Below the pieces are notes generated by a model that was given only the letters and a program-made list of their open reading frames with translations, was not told the origin of the DNA and did not search any database. A stretch of DNA of 64,000 bases, taken from NCBI GenBank assembly GCA_024679065.1, contig JAGIQG010000008.1, positions 30,442,001 through 30,506,000 of the forward strand. The letters run 5' to 3'. A program made the translations under genes and the position numbers. This stretch comes from Sphyrna mokarran (lineage: Eukaryota). Every line of letters starts with the position of its first letter. Position 1 is the stretch's first letter. Of the stretch, positions 37,540 to 49,120 are shown piece after piece.

Positions 37540-38707
37540 GCCTGAATCTTCCCAGCAGCAATAATGTTGAATGGACTGCCTCTGTGGGTGAAGAATCTCC
37601 TGATCCTACGCTCATTGCTGCACATTTCTTCCGGGATCCTTTAATCCAAGAAGCCAAAGAAATGTGTACAGCAGCATTCCTCGAAAAACTCCATTGGAGT
37701 GGAGTAGATTAGGGGAATGATTTGCACTATTTTAATGGCACTAGCTGTCACATAGTACATTTAAGGCTCTGAATGTCAGTGAACAGATGTGTGGATATAT
37801 GGACAAGTCCGCAGTGAGTGAATGGATAGGGTGAGTATGTGGGTAGATAGATTTTAGGCAGGTGGTGAGTGGATGAGGGGATAAGTGGGTGAACACATAG
37901 GTGGCTAGGTCGCTGAGTGGATGAGCTGGGTATCTGGGTGAGTGAATGAAGTGGGCAAGCAGGTGAATGGGTAGATACTTGAGGAGGGAGTAAAGTGCTT
38001 AAGAACGAGGTGGGTAGGTTTGGAGGTGACAGATTGGTAGATCAATAAGTGAGTAGATGTGCGAGTCGGTTGATGGTAAGGTGAGTGAGTGGGTGGGCAA
38101 ATGGGGAGGGTGAGGTAATAGGTCAGTAGGCAGGTGAATGGATAGGGAAATCATCAAGTAGGGAAGTAGTTAGGTGGTCTATAATAATTGGGTTAGGGAT
38201 ATAGTCAATTAGGTGTGTGGAAGGTAGTTGGATCAGGTCAAGGATTAGTCATGTGATTGACTGGTAGGTGGGTTGAGTAAGGGGTTGTAATCAGGTCAGG
38301 TTGGAGGTGTAGGCGAGTTGGATAGTCAAATCAGGGTAGTTGGTGGGGTAGTCAGCAGTAAGGTGGATCAGGATGGTGGGGGGGGGTGGAATGGAGGGGA
38401 GGAGGGAAGTGAGTGTTGATGGATGGGTCACTTGTGGAGATACCCAGATCTGAGATTAGGTTATAACATATCTGACATCTCCTGGGTAATTATTTAGATA
38501 ATTCCCAAGGAACTGTTCTGAGTCTGACCCAGAGTCAAAAACATTCATGGGGAGATCCCAGGGAGCAGGAAAATTGCCCATCAGAAGATTAAAACTCCCA
38601 GGCAATTTTCATGTAGGACCACACGTCAGGATTTCCTCAGGGTCCTGACGTGCATCTTTAGTTGTTTACCCAGTCTATGATCTTCCAGAGATCGAAAGAT
38701 TTGGCCC
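37540..38707. mobile_element. Non-autonomous TIR element with G/A-rich interior
   Basis: Left GGCCTGAATCTTCC; reverse complement of right end GGGCCAAATCTTTC; resembles ~23850-25035. Confidence 0.5.
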
Positions 38708-39294
38708 TTTGCTACACTGTAGACTCCTTCTTGAATTTGATACAATTGAAAGTGGATGTTAGACCCAACTGCTGTCTAGGAAACATCTTATCTCAGACTA
38801 AATATTTTTGCCATTCTCAATTATACTGCAGATATTTTGACAACACTGTTAAATACATGGGTTACCTGCAGAGTGGACATTAGAAAGTTTAACCTGATAA
38901 ATATTTGTATTTGGAGGGGCCAGTTAGCTCAGTTGGCTAGACAGCTGTGTATATTTTGGAATAACGCACTGTGGGGTTTAATCCCCATTTTGGCACTGTT
39001 AGGCTTAGGACCTGCCTCTTTACTCTGCCTGGTCGTGAAACCATGGTTTATAGCAACCCTTGAATAATCAAGGATGCTACCTAGAGAGGAGGAAGATTTG
39101 TATTTATCCTCCACCAATATTTGGGAAAAAGATTGCTGTGTGAACACAATAAATTATAACTCTTTACTGCTATGGCCAAAAATGAGCAACAACTTCTGAA
39201 AGTAATGATGCAAAGTTACTGATACGGGAAATCAGAACTTAATTTTTTTTTTTGCTTTTCAAGTTTGGGTGCAAAGGTGACACAAGGGACATAC

Positions 39295-39461
39295 TTTAAA
39301 GGCTCGTCGAATCGTATGGTGGCTGCACAGTGGAAGACGACATTAATGCAGGAGAGCAGACGTTCAGTGTCCTCTGAGTTTATGGCCAGATTAGGCTGCA
39401 TCAGCTCACTGCCGATAGGAATGATCTTTTTCTGGAAGTCTTCTCTCACTCTGTCAAACAG
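39295..39461 (-). CDS. Fatty acyl-CoA reductase (FAR family, FAR2-like), exon equivalent to vertebrate exon 3
   Basis: ttccattgcag| ... |gtatgt; 167 bp; LFDRVREDFQKKIIPIGSELMQPNLAINSEDTERLLSCINVVFHCAATIRFDEPL(K), containing the FHCAATxRF motif of the FAR NAD-binding domain. Confidence 0.95.
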
Positions 39462-39577
39462 CTGCAATGGAAAAACAAAGATCAAAGCACTTGTTACACT
39501 TTCAAAATTTTCTCGGCAGTTTTGCTTCACTTTAGCAATAATGGTGAACTGTTAAACTTATCAGCCAATGATAAGAC

Positions 39578-39647
39578 GGTGGCGTGGGCTCGTTGGGCCG
39601 AAGGGCCTGTTTCCTGTGCTGTGTTGCTCTTTGCTCTTTGTTCTTTG
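39578..39647 (+). mobile_element. Extreme 3' tip of a CR1 LINE
   Basis: ggcgtgggctcgttgggccgaagggcctgtttcctgtgctgt with a (GCTCTTT)n tail; taagac duplicated on both sides. Confidence 0.7.
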
Positions 39648-40159
39648 TAAGACCGAATTAGACCTAATTCTATTCCTGTGTTTTATGGTCTTAAAAGAGT
39701 ACAGATGATTTTTTTTACTGATAAGACATAAGACATAGAATTAGACCACTTGCCCATTGAGTCTGTTCTGCCATTAATCCTGGTTAATACTTTTCTCATC
39801 TCCATTCTTTATCCATCTTTTTTATGACCATCTAATGGATTATGTGTATTTGTAATTTCAGTTTTGAAACTCCATGAAATTTGACTGATTTAAGACAAAC
39901 TATTACAGCTGGAGTTACACTTTGTCAGTGTGAATGATGGGTCAAACACCATAGGATATTAATGCATTCAACTGCCTTCCAACAGGACTCATTTAGATAT
40001 TCTACATCTCCATATCCATTTTACATCCATGATCAAGTGAAATACAATTGCATTCTATATTAATATTCAGTTTTCCAACACAAAGTTCAGTTCACTATGT
40101 ACTGATGCTTTAACCATCCAGAGATAGAAGGACTTAAGATAGGCACTTAAAAAATAAAA

Positions 40160-40727
40160 ATCATAGAATATAATCCTTACAGTGCAAAAGAAGGCCATTC
40201 AGCCCAGTGAGTCTATACCAACTCTCTGACACAGTATCTTACCAACTCTCTGACACAGTGTCTTACCAACTCTCTGACACAGTGTCTTACCAACTCTCTG
40301 ACACAGTGTCTTACCAACTCTCTGACACAGTGTCTTACCAACTCTCTGACACAGTGTCTTACCAACTCTCTGACACAGTATCTTACCAACTCTCTGACAC
40401 AGTATCTTACCAACTCTCTGACACAGTATCTTACCAACTCTATTCCCATAAACCCACACATTTACCATCTAGTTAATCCATCTCGATGGTTAATCCATCT
40501 AGTTTACAGATGCTAAGGGACAATTTACCATGGCCAATCTAATCTGCACATCTTTGGACTGTGCGTGTGTTGGGGGGGCAGGGGTAGAATGCGGGCGATG
40601 TAACTGGAGTCCCCATGGAAACCTACGCAGACACGGAGGCTAATGTGCAAATTTGACACAGTCACCTAAGGCCAGAACTGAACCTGGGTGCCTGGTGCTA
40701 CAGAGTAGCAGTGCTAACCATTGTGCT
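40160..40727 (-). mobile_element. HE1/V-SINE-type SINE containing a tandem expansion
   Basis: Reverse head at ~40680-40727, V-core, CR1 tail at 40160-40215. Confidence 0.75.
40216..40441. repeat. 24-bp minisatellite, 9 full units plus 10 nt
   Basis: Unit taccaactctctgacacagtRtct; R order A, G x5, A x3. Confidence 0.95.
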
Positions 40728-43094
40728 GAGAAATCAGCATAAAGAAAACACTCCTCGACTGCCTCACTCTCAGAGCACCAATTTGATTTGATGGAGGGCT
40801 CTGATATCGAACTAATAGTGTTCCCCATCCTTATCCATCCAAAACCAAATACAACTTCAGGATTTAGTGCAAGTGAAAAATAATGCTGAAATCCTAAAGC
40901 TGCAGTCTGTTATTCACCATATGCCCACCATCTCCCCACCCTCACCATGCCCCAGAGTCAGCAATCAATTAATCATTTGAGAAGTTCCCCTTTTCCACTC
41001 TTGCATCGCTGCTGGACTCCAAGAAAAAAAATTAGGCTTTGTTCAACTAGCTGAATGTAAGATTTGAACAGAGGTCAGAGAGATAACTATTGTGAAAAAG
41101 ATTATGCTGAACATGGTGTGGTTAAACAAGAATGTTGTTAAGTGTCAATGTTAAGTTTAATTGCTTCAGTTTTTCCATGATAGCTTTCACCCGCCTGTAC
41201 ATCTTTATTTTTCGGTATGTAGAGTTTTATAAAGGCTATTTGATTTTAACATTTTTTTTTTATTTTCCAGCTATCTGTGAGAATTCTTTAATGTGTCTGG
41301 TTGCTTGAATAGCTTAGTGGCACTCCTGCAGCTCCATACTCCATATCCTCATTAAAGAATCCACTGCACATTGAGAGGAAGTTAAGCTATTGCCACAGGG
41401 AGCACGAGATGTCTCAGCAAGGCTTTCTTAGAGGTCAGCAGCGAGCAACCTTGTTTCACCAATGACTGCAATCCAAAAGGAAAAAAAAACAGTAAAAATG
41501 AGAAATAAGAATACCAGTCTGAAGTGTTTTTTCCTTTAGGAAAAATGCATGCCAAAATCTTTAAATATTGATGCTTCAAGTTTACTCTAAAGAGTTTGTT
41601 CGGGTCACTTACACATTATGGTCAGACATGCTAGTTTTTACTTTGTCCCATTCTATTATTTTGATTTGATTTATTATTGTCACATGTATTGGGATACAGT
41701 GAATATATGCACTATACAATCATTGGGATACAGTGAAATGCGTGCTATATAGTCACTGGGATATGTGCTATGCAATCAAAACATACTGTTCACAGAATAC
41801 ATATGGGAGAAGGAAAGGTTAACATGCGGGATATATTGTTGCAGTTACGGGTTGAGTGCAGGAAAGATGCAAAAACAGCAATTTTTAGTTTAGGCCACAG
41901 TGAACACGTAACAGTTGATTTTTAAAACAGTTAAGCCAACAGTGCAAGCCGCCAATCTTTTAATGAGCCAAAGAAACCAGCTAAAATGGAATCTCTACTG
42001 ATTCTAACTGTTCTGAAGAGCACTCTTGGAATCCAGGCTTTCAAAGGGACAATCAGGTCTAATATCAAAAGTAGCTGTGGTATGGTAGGCACGCTGAACC
42101 TTATTGTAAAATGTGCAGAAGTCTAGAACTTAAACTGATCAGAACACAATGTTCTGCCAACATCTGTAACTAATAATTTCACATCATTCTTCAAACTGAA
42201 TTTTTGACTCATCGCACAAATAGGTGTCAAGAAATCCACTCAAACTTGCTGGATGTATTCAACTCTAGTCAAAAGTGCACAAGGTCATCTTTAAGTGAAT
42301 GGGCAAACCACTGTGAATGTCACATTCAAACTATTGAACCCACAAAGTGAGGTTAGCCATCTGTGACAAATTGGAAGTCAAAAAAAACAAAGTAGCTCCA
42401 ATGCAATTGCAATATTGGCGCAGAGTCTGAGGGAAGTTGAATTAAAAATTATTATAATATTTTTTCTTCCATTAGTGGATTTGGATTGGCTGTCACTTAT
42501 CTACTCACTATCTCTGAAAATTCCAGACTGTATAAAATACGTTGAGATCCAAAGAAACATTCTTTGCCTCCTTGTCTGGAATTCAGTGCCCAGTAAATGG
42601 GGGTTTTCTAGGTGAATTGAATTTGTGAGGCCACACAAGGCAACTGATGTCAGAGGGTTGACTTTGGGTCAGCAGAGGTCACCAGTCAATTGCCCCTAAC
42701 CGCAGTGAAGAAGCAGGTGCGATTTTGAAGCCTTGACCTCATTGGTTTCAAGCTGGCAAGGTACAAGGCACCACGTACCATGTGAGCACTTAAATGCCGC
42801 ACAGTTAATACCAGGTCAAAATCAGGCTGTCCCAGATAGAAGAATGGTAAATGCAGAAGTGTGGCTGTTACAATCAGAGTGGGGTGAACCAAAAGCAACA
42901 GCAGCTTAAATTATTTATGTATACACACTTGACTCAAGGAGCATCGGGGTTCTTTCAAGCACAGTGAATGGTACAGGTCAGCTATCATCAATTATGTTCA
43001 GCTTAATGACCACCACATCGAATTGTCCAATCCAAGATGTATCTCATCCATCATATATTGCATCAAGGAGGCCATGGTGACCTACCAACACCAA

Positions 43095-43445
43095 ATGTTT
43101 ATAAAATATGAGCAGCATTGAGAAGGTAGATAGTCAACTTCTTTTCCCAAAGGTAGTGGGATCTAAAACTAGAGGGCATAGGTTTAAGGTGAGAGTGGAA
43201 AGATACAAAAGGGTTCAGAGAGGCAATTTCTTCACACAGAGGACAGTGAGTAACCGGAACGAGCTGTCTGAAGCACTAATAGAGGCAAGTGCAAATTTGT
43301 TTTTTTAAAAACTATTTAGACAGTTAAATGAGTAAGATTAGTATAGAGGATATGGGCCAAAAGCAGGCAACTGAGACTAGCCTAGTGGTAAAAACCAGGT
43401 TAGGCTGAAGGGCCTGTTTCCAAGCTGTAAATCTCAATAACTATG
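43095..43445 (+). mobile_element. CR1 LINE 3' fragment
   Basis: LFPKVVGSKTRGHRFKVRVERYKRVQRGNFFTQR; ggctgaagggcctgtttcc end. Confidence 0.85.
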
Positions 43446-43484
43446 GCTCTTGAGGTAACAGCCTTTTATCAGGATCAAAAAATC

Positions 43485-43780
43485 CATAGAATCATAGAAT
43501 CCCTACAGTGCAGAAAGAGACCACTCGGCCTGCTGACTCATACCCAACTTAATTCTATCCCTGAACCCCACATAAATGTCCTGTGAATCCCACTCACCTT
43601 AAGGGGTCAATCCACCTAACCCACACTTCTTTATACTGTAGGAGGAAACCAGAGCACCCAGAGGAAACCCACGCAGACACGGGGAGAATGTGCAAACTCC
43701 ACACAGATTGTCAACAAAGGCTGGAATCGAACTCGGGCCCCTGGCACTGTGAGGCAGCAGTGCTAATCACTGTGCCACCT
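43485..43780 (-). mobile_element. HE1/V-SINE-type SINE
   Basis: Reverse V-core and head. Confidence 0.85.
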
Positions 43781-45323
43781 AACATCTAGTAACCCTTACT
43801 AAAAAAAGGCATTACCACCCATTCTGTACAGTCAATCAATCAGCAACAGAGATGCTAACATAAATGAACATATTATAAACACAGCAGCCTGACCAATCAG
43901 CAGTAAGATCTTGCCTACATTCCCATCCTTCACCATATAGAATTACCTATTTTTATTTGCTCCAATCATTCATATTTCATTTACTCGTCACTCCTCCAGA
44001 TGATGAGCAGAGTACATAGCATAAAATGTTAGAGCCCATCATTTGTTTGAAGGAATCTTTTTCAGAGCAGATTTTTCTGCTTTAACTAAAAATTGTCTCA
44101 CTTCAAACAACTTTTCAAAATACTAAATCTTGTGAAATATACTGATTTTATTCCAACGTGGCTTAATGTCATATTGTACTTGAAGGTCCCTTTACTCAAA
44201 TCTTTCAATAATAATAGTAAATATTTATCAAGCTATATTGTTTGTTCCTTCATTACAGAACTGAAAACTATGCTCATCCATTGATCCAATACTGAGTAAT
44301 TACAGCTAGTCTTAAATGTTAATTATTTAAATTGTTACGATTGCTTTAAAAGCAAGTCATGTGATTTGATAGGCACAGCCCAGCTATGCCCTGACCACCA
44401 AGGGGCTTCAATGTCCTTCAATCCCCCCCAACGAGGCTATCACATCTGGTCTCCACTGCTAGAAACCAGCTATGATTTTTGCCGATGTGAGGACTGACTG
44501 GTGAGGAAGCAAGTCTGAGTGAGCCTAAATGATGCCATCTGGGACTCACTAATGATGTGTAAAATATATTATTAATACTTAAATTGGTTTTGCTCCCAGA
44601 AAGGTGTGAAGCTGACCTCGCCGGCAAAACAGGTCCTGTAAGGTTATGTGAGCTAAGAAACTGTGCCCGAACTCGTCAAATTGTGCCCGCAATGCTTATA
44701 AAAGATTGCCTTTTGGAATAACATTCATCCCAGCCCTGTTCTCACAATTGAGGAATCAGATTTTAAGTGACCCCTCTGGTGTACAATGTTATCGGAATAA
44801 AATTCTAATCACAGGGTTCACCGAATGGGAACGCATGAAAAATTTAAAAGCAACATCGAAATGTCTCGAAGCACATGGTCTGCTTATTAAGAAAGAAAAG
44901 TGTGACTTTTTCCAGAAATCAATCCAGTATTTGGGTCATATTATTGATAGTAAAGACCTAAATAAAGCACCTAAAAAGATGGAACATTATTTTAAAAGCA
45001 CTGTATCTAATGAATATGATGCAATTGAGGTCCTTTCTAGGATTAGTAAATTATTGTGGCAAATTTGTTCCTAATTAGCAACATCAATAAAGCCATTGCA
45101 TAGTTTACTGTGTGTGAAACAGTCATGAGACTAGACAACAGAATGTGAAAAGCATACAAGGATGTCAAAAATGTTTTGCAGAAGTCTGAAATATTGGTTC
45201 ATTTTAATTCGAAACTACCAATTCTGCCCACTTGCAACACTTGGAGTAGGAGCAATAGCTTCATATACAATGCCTTCGGGAGAAAAATGACCAATAGCTT
45301 TTTCTCTGCATACTCTGACTAGT

Positions 45324-45516
45324 CATGATGTAAAGATGCCGGCGTTGGATTGGGGTGGTAAGAACTCAGTAAGAATTTAGCAACACCAATTATTAATCCA
45401 ACCGATTTATTTGATAGTAAATCCGCGAGCTTTCAACACAAGAGTGTTGAAAGCTCGCGGATTTACTATCAAATAAATCGGTTGGATTAATAATTGGTGT
45501 TGCTAAATTCTTACTG
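45324..45516. mobile_element. Palindromic Penelope-like insertion
   Basis: 13-bp TSD tactctgactagt (45311-45323, 45517-45529); perfect 73-bp arms 45367-45439 and 45444-45516; pLTR tail catgatgtaaagatgccggcgttgga on the left. Confidence 0.85.
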
Positions 45517-45796
45517 TACTCTGACTAGTGCCATATCTATCTATCTACGCTCGAAAAAAAAAAGCACTGAATATAATTTGGCATACAAAGATTTCATCAT
45601 TATTTATATCGAAGTCATTTCACACTATTGAATGATTATTAATCTCTAACTACTATTTTTGAGCTACATAAAGGCATAATATTGTTGCTGCTGGTTAATT
45701 GCAAAGATGATCACTAATCTTATCTGCTTATCCCTAAGATATAAAGTATCAGAGTACCATGCTAATACTGATTATCATGCTTAGTTTTATCTTTTG

Positions 45797-46108
45797 TGGG
45801 TGGCACGGTGGTTAGCACTGCTGACTCACTGTGCCAGAGACCAGTTTCGATTTTGACCCTGGTTCACTGTCTGTGTGGAGGTTACACATTCTCCCTGTGT
45901 CTGCGTGGCTTTCTTCCCGGTGCTCCGGTTTCCTCCCACAGTCCAAAAATGTGTGGGTTAGGTCGATTGACCAAGATAAATTGTTCCTTAGTGCGAGAAG
46001 GACGAGTAGCCTAAATATGTGGGGTTAAGGGGGTGGAGCCTAGGAGGGATTGTTGTCGGTGCAGGCTCGATGGGCCGAATGGCCTCCTTTTGCATTGTAG
46101 GAATTCTA
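45797..46108 (+). mobile_element. HE1/V-SINE-type SINE inserted in the Gypsy element
   Basis: Full head, V-core and CR1 tail. Confidence 0.85.
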
Positions 46109-46392
46109 TTGAACAGATACTACCAATTAGTTTTGCTAATAGATCATTTGTCTGAGACAGCATCTCAAGTTCATGGCCATACTGGAGATGGGGAAAGTGG
46201 TGGATAGGGTATTGAAAGGAATGAATTGTACACTTCCTGATTTGAAACCATATGTGTCAAGAAAACTTGAGGACTGTCCAAGGTGGGCGTTTATAATCGT
46301 GAATCTGACTGATCATTCCTCCTAATCTGCAGGAAAGGATTCTTAGACAATTACATGAAGGATATCCTGGTGTAGTCTGGTTGAAGGAATTA

Positions 46393-46902
46393 AATATGAT
46401 GTAGAGATGCTGCCTTGGACTGGGGTAAACACTGTAAGAAGTCTCACAACACCAAGTTAAAGTCCAACCAGTTTATTTGATAGTAATCCCACAAGCTTTT
46501 GAAAACACTGTTCTTTTGTCAGCAGAGACCGACAGCCAAGTTCCGCATACGAGGATGACATCAACTGGGATCTTGGGTTCATGTCACACTATCTGTAACC
46601 CCCATGACTTGCCTGGGCTTGCAACATCTCATTTACTGTCCTGTCTGGAGACAAACACATCTCTTTAACCTGTGCTAATGCTATTTCCACTCATATTGTC
46701 TGCATCTTTAAGACTTGAATAGCAAATTAGCTGTAAAGATTTGCATTCTAATCAGTGTTCTGTAAACTGTGTGTGACTTTATATGCTCTTCTCTGATCAG
46801 AACCTTCCACACGCCTGAGGAAGGAACAGCGTTTCTGAAAGTTTGTGGGATTATATCAAATAAACTGGTTGGACTTTAACCTGGTGTTGTGAGACTTCTT
46901 AC
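46393..46902. mobile_element. Penelope-like insertion with inverted pLTRs, GIY-YIG C-terminal remnant and hammerhead (46809-46850)
   Basis: 11-bp TSD tgaaggaatta (46382-46392, 46903-46913); ...WDLGFMSHYL*; CTGAGGA A GGAAC-agc-GTTTCT GAAA. Confidence 0.85.
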
Positions 46903-48959
46903 TGAAGGAATTAGCACATAGTTATTTTTGCTGGTCAGGTCTCGATGCTCAGATTGAAGAGAAAGTAGGACAGAGTCAGTAAGAAATATACCATCGTTGT
47001 CTCTTTTACACTCTTGGGAGTGGCCTAAAATACGGTGGCAATGATTGCATGTAGATTTTGTTGATCTGTTTGAGGGTTACATATTCTTGGTTATAATTAA
47101 TTAACACTGAAAGTGGCCAAATATTATATGAAATCTACTATATCTAAACAAAGCACTGAAAAACTTGACAAAATCTTTGCAAGACTTGGTGAACTGAAAC
47201 AGATGGTTAGTGATAATGGATCACAATTTACTGCAGAAGAGTTTAAGGATTATCTCGAACAGAAAGGTAATCAGCATTTAAATCCATACCATATCATCCA
47301 TCAACCAATGAATTAGCTGAAAGATTTGTTCAATCCTTGAAATAGTCTCTAAACGCTGCATTGTGTGACTAGCTTTCTGGCATCTTATAGAGCTACACAT
47401 GCAACTACCCAAAGCTGACCTGCATTACTATTCTAAGAGAAAGTTGAGAACTACGTTTGATTTGTTATTGCCTCCATAAATTTCAGAGATAGTAAAGCGT
47501 TAATAACAACCTCAAGTTGCTAGATAAGAAGCGAAGGCAAAGTAAAACTCATTTCAACAAGGAGATTATGTGTTAGCGCGTAATTATGCCATGAGTGAAA
47601 AATGAACATCAACCATAGCTTTTTTAAAAATAGGTCCAATTTCTTCAAACTGACAAAGAGTTAGCTTGACAGTGCCCTGCTGACCAATTGTTGTCATCTC
47701 AAAATGATTTGTCAGAATCATCTTCAGAAGTACCAACTTGTTTTGTCTCTGGTGTTGTGAATATTACTATGGAATCTGAGTTGCCCAATGACTGCATCTA
47801 TGCTATTGTACCAGGTGAGAATGATGCAGAATTTTTTCCAAGAGAAAAACTGTCCATTGAAATTCCAAATCATACAGTCAAGGATAACCAAATTCTGGAA
47901 CTTCATATACAACTGAAGAGGGATAGATGTATGATCGACTTTCTTATTGACTGTGTATAATGATTAATGATGCATATCACTGTGAGGATTATTGATCTTA
48001 TGTATGACATCGTAGTCATTTGTTGTCATGACCATGGAAATGAAGGGGGAGGGATGTTGTATATTTAAGAGTTGCATGATGGCTTCAAGAACAGATCACA
48101 CGGCTTGATGGTGGTATCATTAAGGTATTCCAGAGGCTCCTGCTTTTGTTTCAGTTTCTACTCTGGATAGGTAACTTCTCTTTCAATAAACCTTGTTGTT
48201 GAATCATTGCATGCAAACCACATCTTTTTCTCATTATGTAAAATGCACAACCCCCACATTACATTAGGATCTCTGAACAAAGAATGGAAAAAAGTATTCT
48301 CTCGCCAGCAATCATCTTAAATACCAGAGAAAAATTTCCATGGGGTTGTTGCCATTTGGGCTGATAGCCTGAAGAATCCATATTAACAGTCACTTATAAC
48401 CATTTGTGATATTATTCTGGCAGTTCCAGCAGCTTCCCACTGGAGAAATTCCTACCAGGATTTGGCTTGATTATGATGGCTGTCACAGTCAAATAGTTAA
48501 CAAAAACGAGGTTGATATGATACCTTTTAATCTATCAATATTTACTGTTAATCTGATGAATGGCCTTATTATCAAAGTACTTCAGACCAGTGACTCTCAT
48601 GGAGTTGAGCCAACAGGAATCATTACTGGGGCAATTAATTTGTGTTTCTCTTTACAGATAAATGGGTGGAATCAAAGAAACACGCATCTCTAAAATTCCA
48701 GTAAAAATCCCAATATGTGACCTATCCATTCATCTCAGCCTAGCTATATTGCCTTGAGTGAAAAAAAAATGTGAAGGAATTGGGAGGCTGCTGGAATAGC
48801 TGGTGGGATTTGGTGGGGGGAGTGGGGCAGTGATGGGGAGATAAGAAGACAATTCCAAAATAATTTTCCTCACACCAGGAAAGTTTTGGTTGTTGTCAAC
48901 CTGTTCCTTCACTGAGTTAGTTGCTAATCTTGCAAGGTCACTTCAAGCTTGCTTTCTCA

Positions 48960-49120
48960 CTCATAAAACCATAGAAACCCTATAGTGTAGGAAGCCATTC
49001 AGCCCATCGAGTCTGCACAGACAACAATGCCACCCAGGCCTATCCGCATATATTTATCCTGCCAATCTGCTTAAGGGCCACTTGAGTATGGGCAAACAGC
49101 CTAACTTGGATGTCTTTGGT
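48960..49120 (-). mobile_element. Partial HE1-type SINE (3' half)
   Basis: catagaaaccctatagtgtaggaagccattcagcccatcgag tail. Confidence 0.65.

Larger units (their letters stand above)
44317..48250 (+). mobile_element. Decayed Gypsy/Ty3 LTR retrotransposon (pol remnants, PPT, LTR remnants)
   Basis: RT: ILITG...KKEKCDFFQKSIQYLGHII; integrase: GYPGVV.LKELAHSYF.W.GLDAQIEEKV and MVSDNGSQFTAEEFKDYL; PPT gaagggggaggga then TGTTGT at 48055; similar LTR start at 44317. Confidence 0.8.

Noticed and set aside
40216-40441. CRISPR-like array or repetitive protein (ORFs 40199-40476)
   Set aside because: Head-to-tail 24-mers with no spacers, no cas genes, eukaryotic context; the ORFs arise because 24 is a multiple of 3
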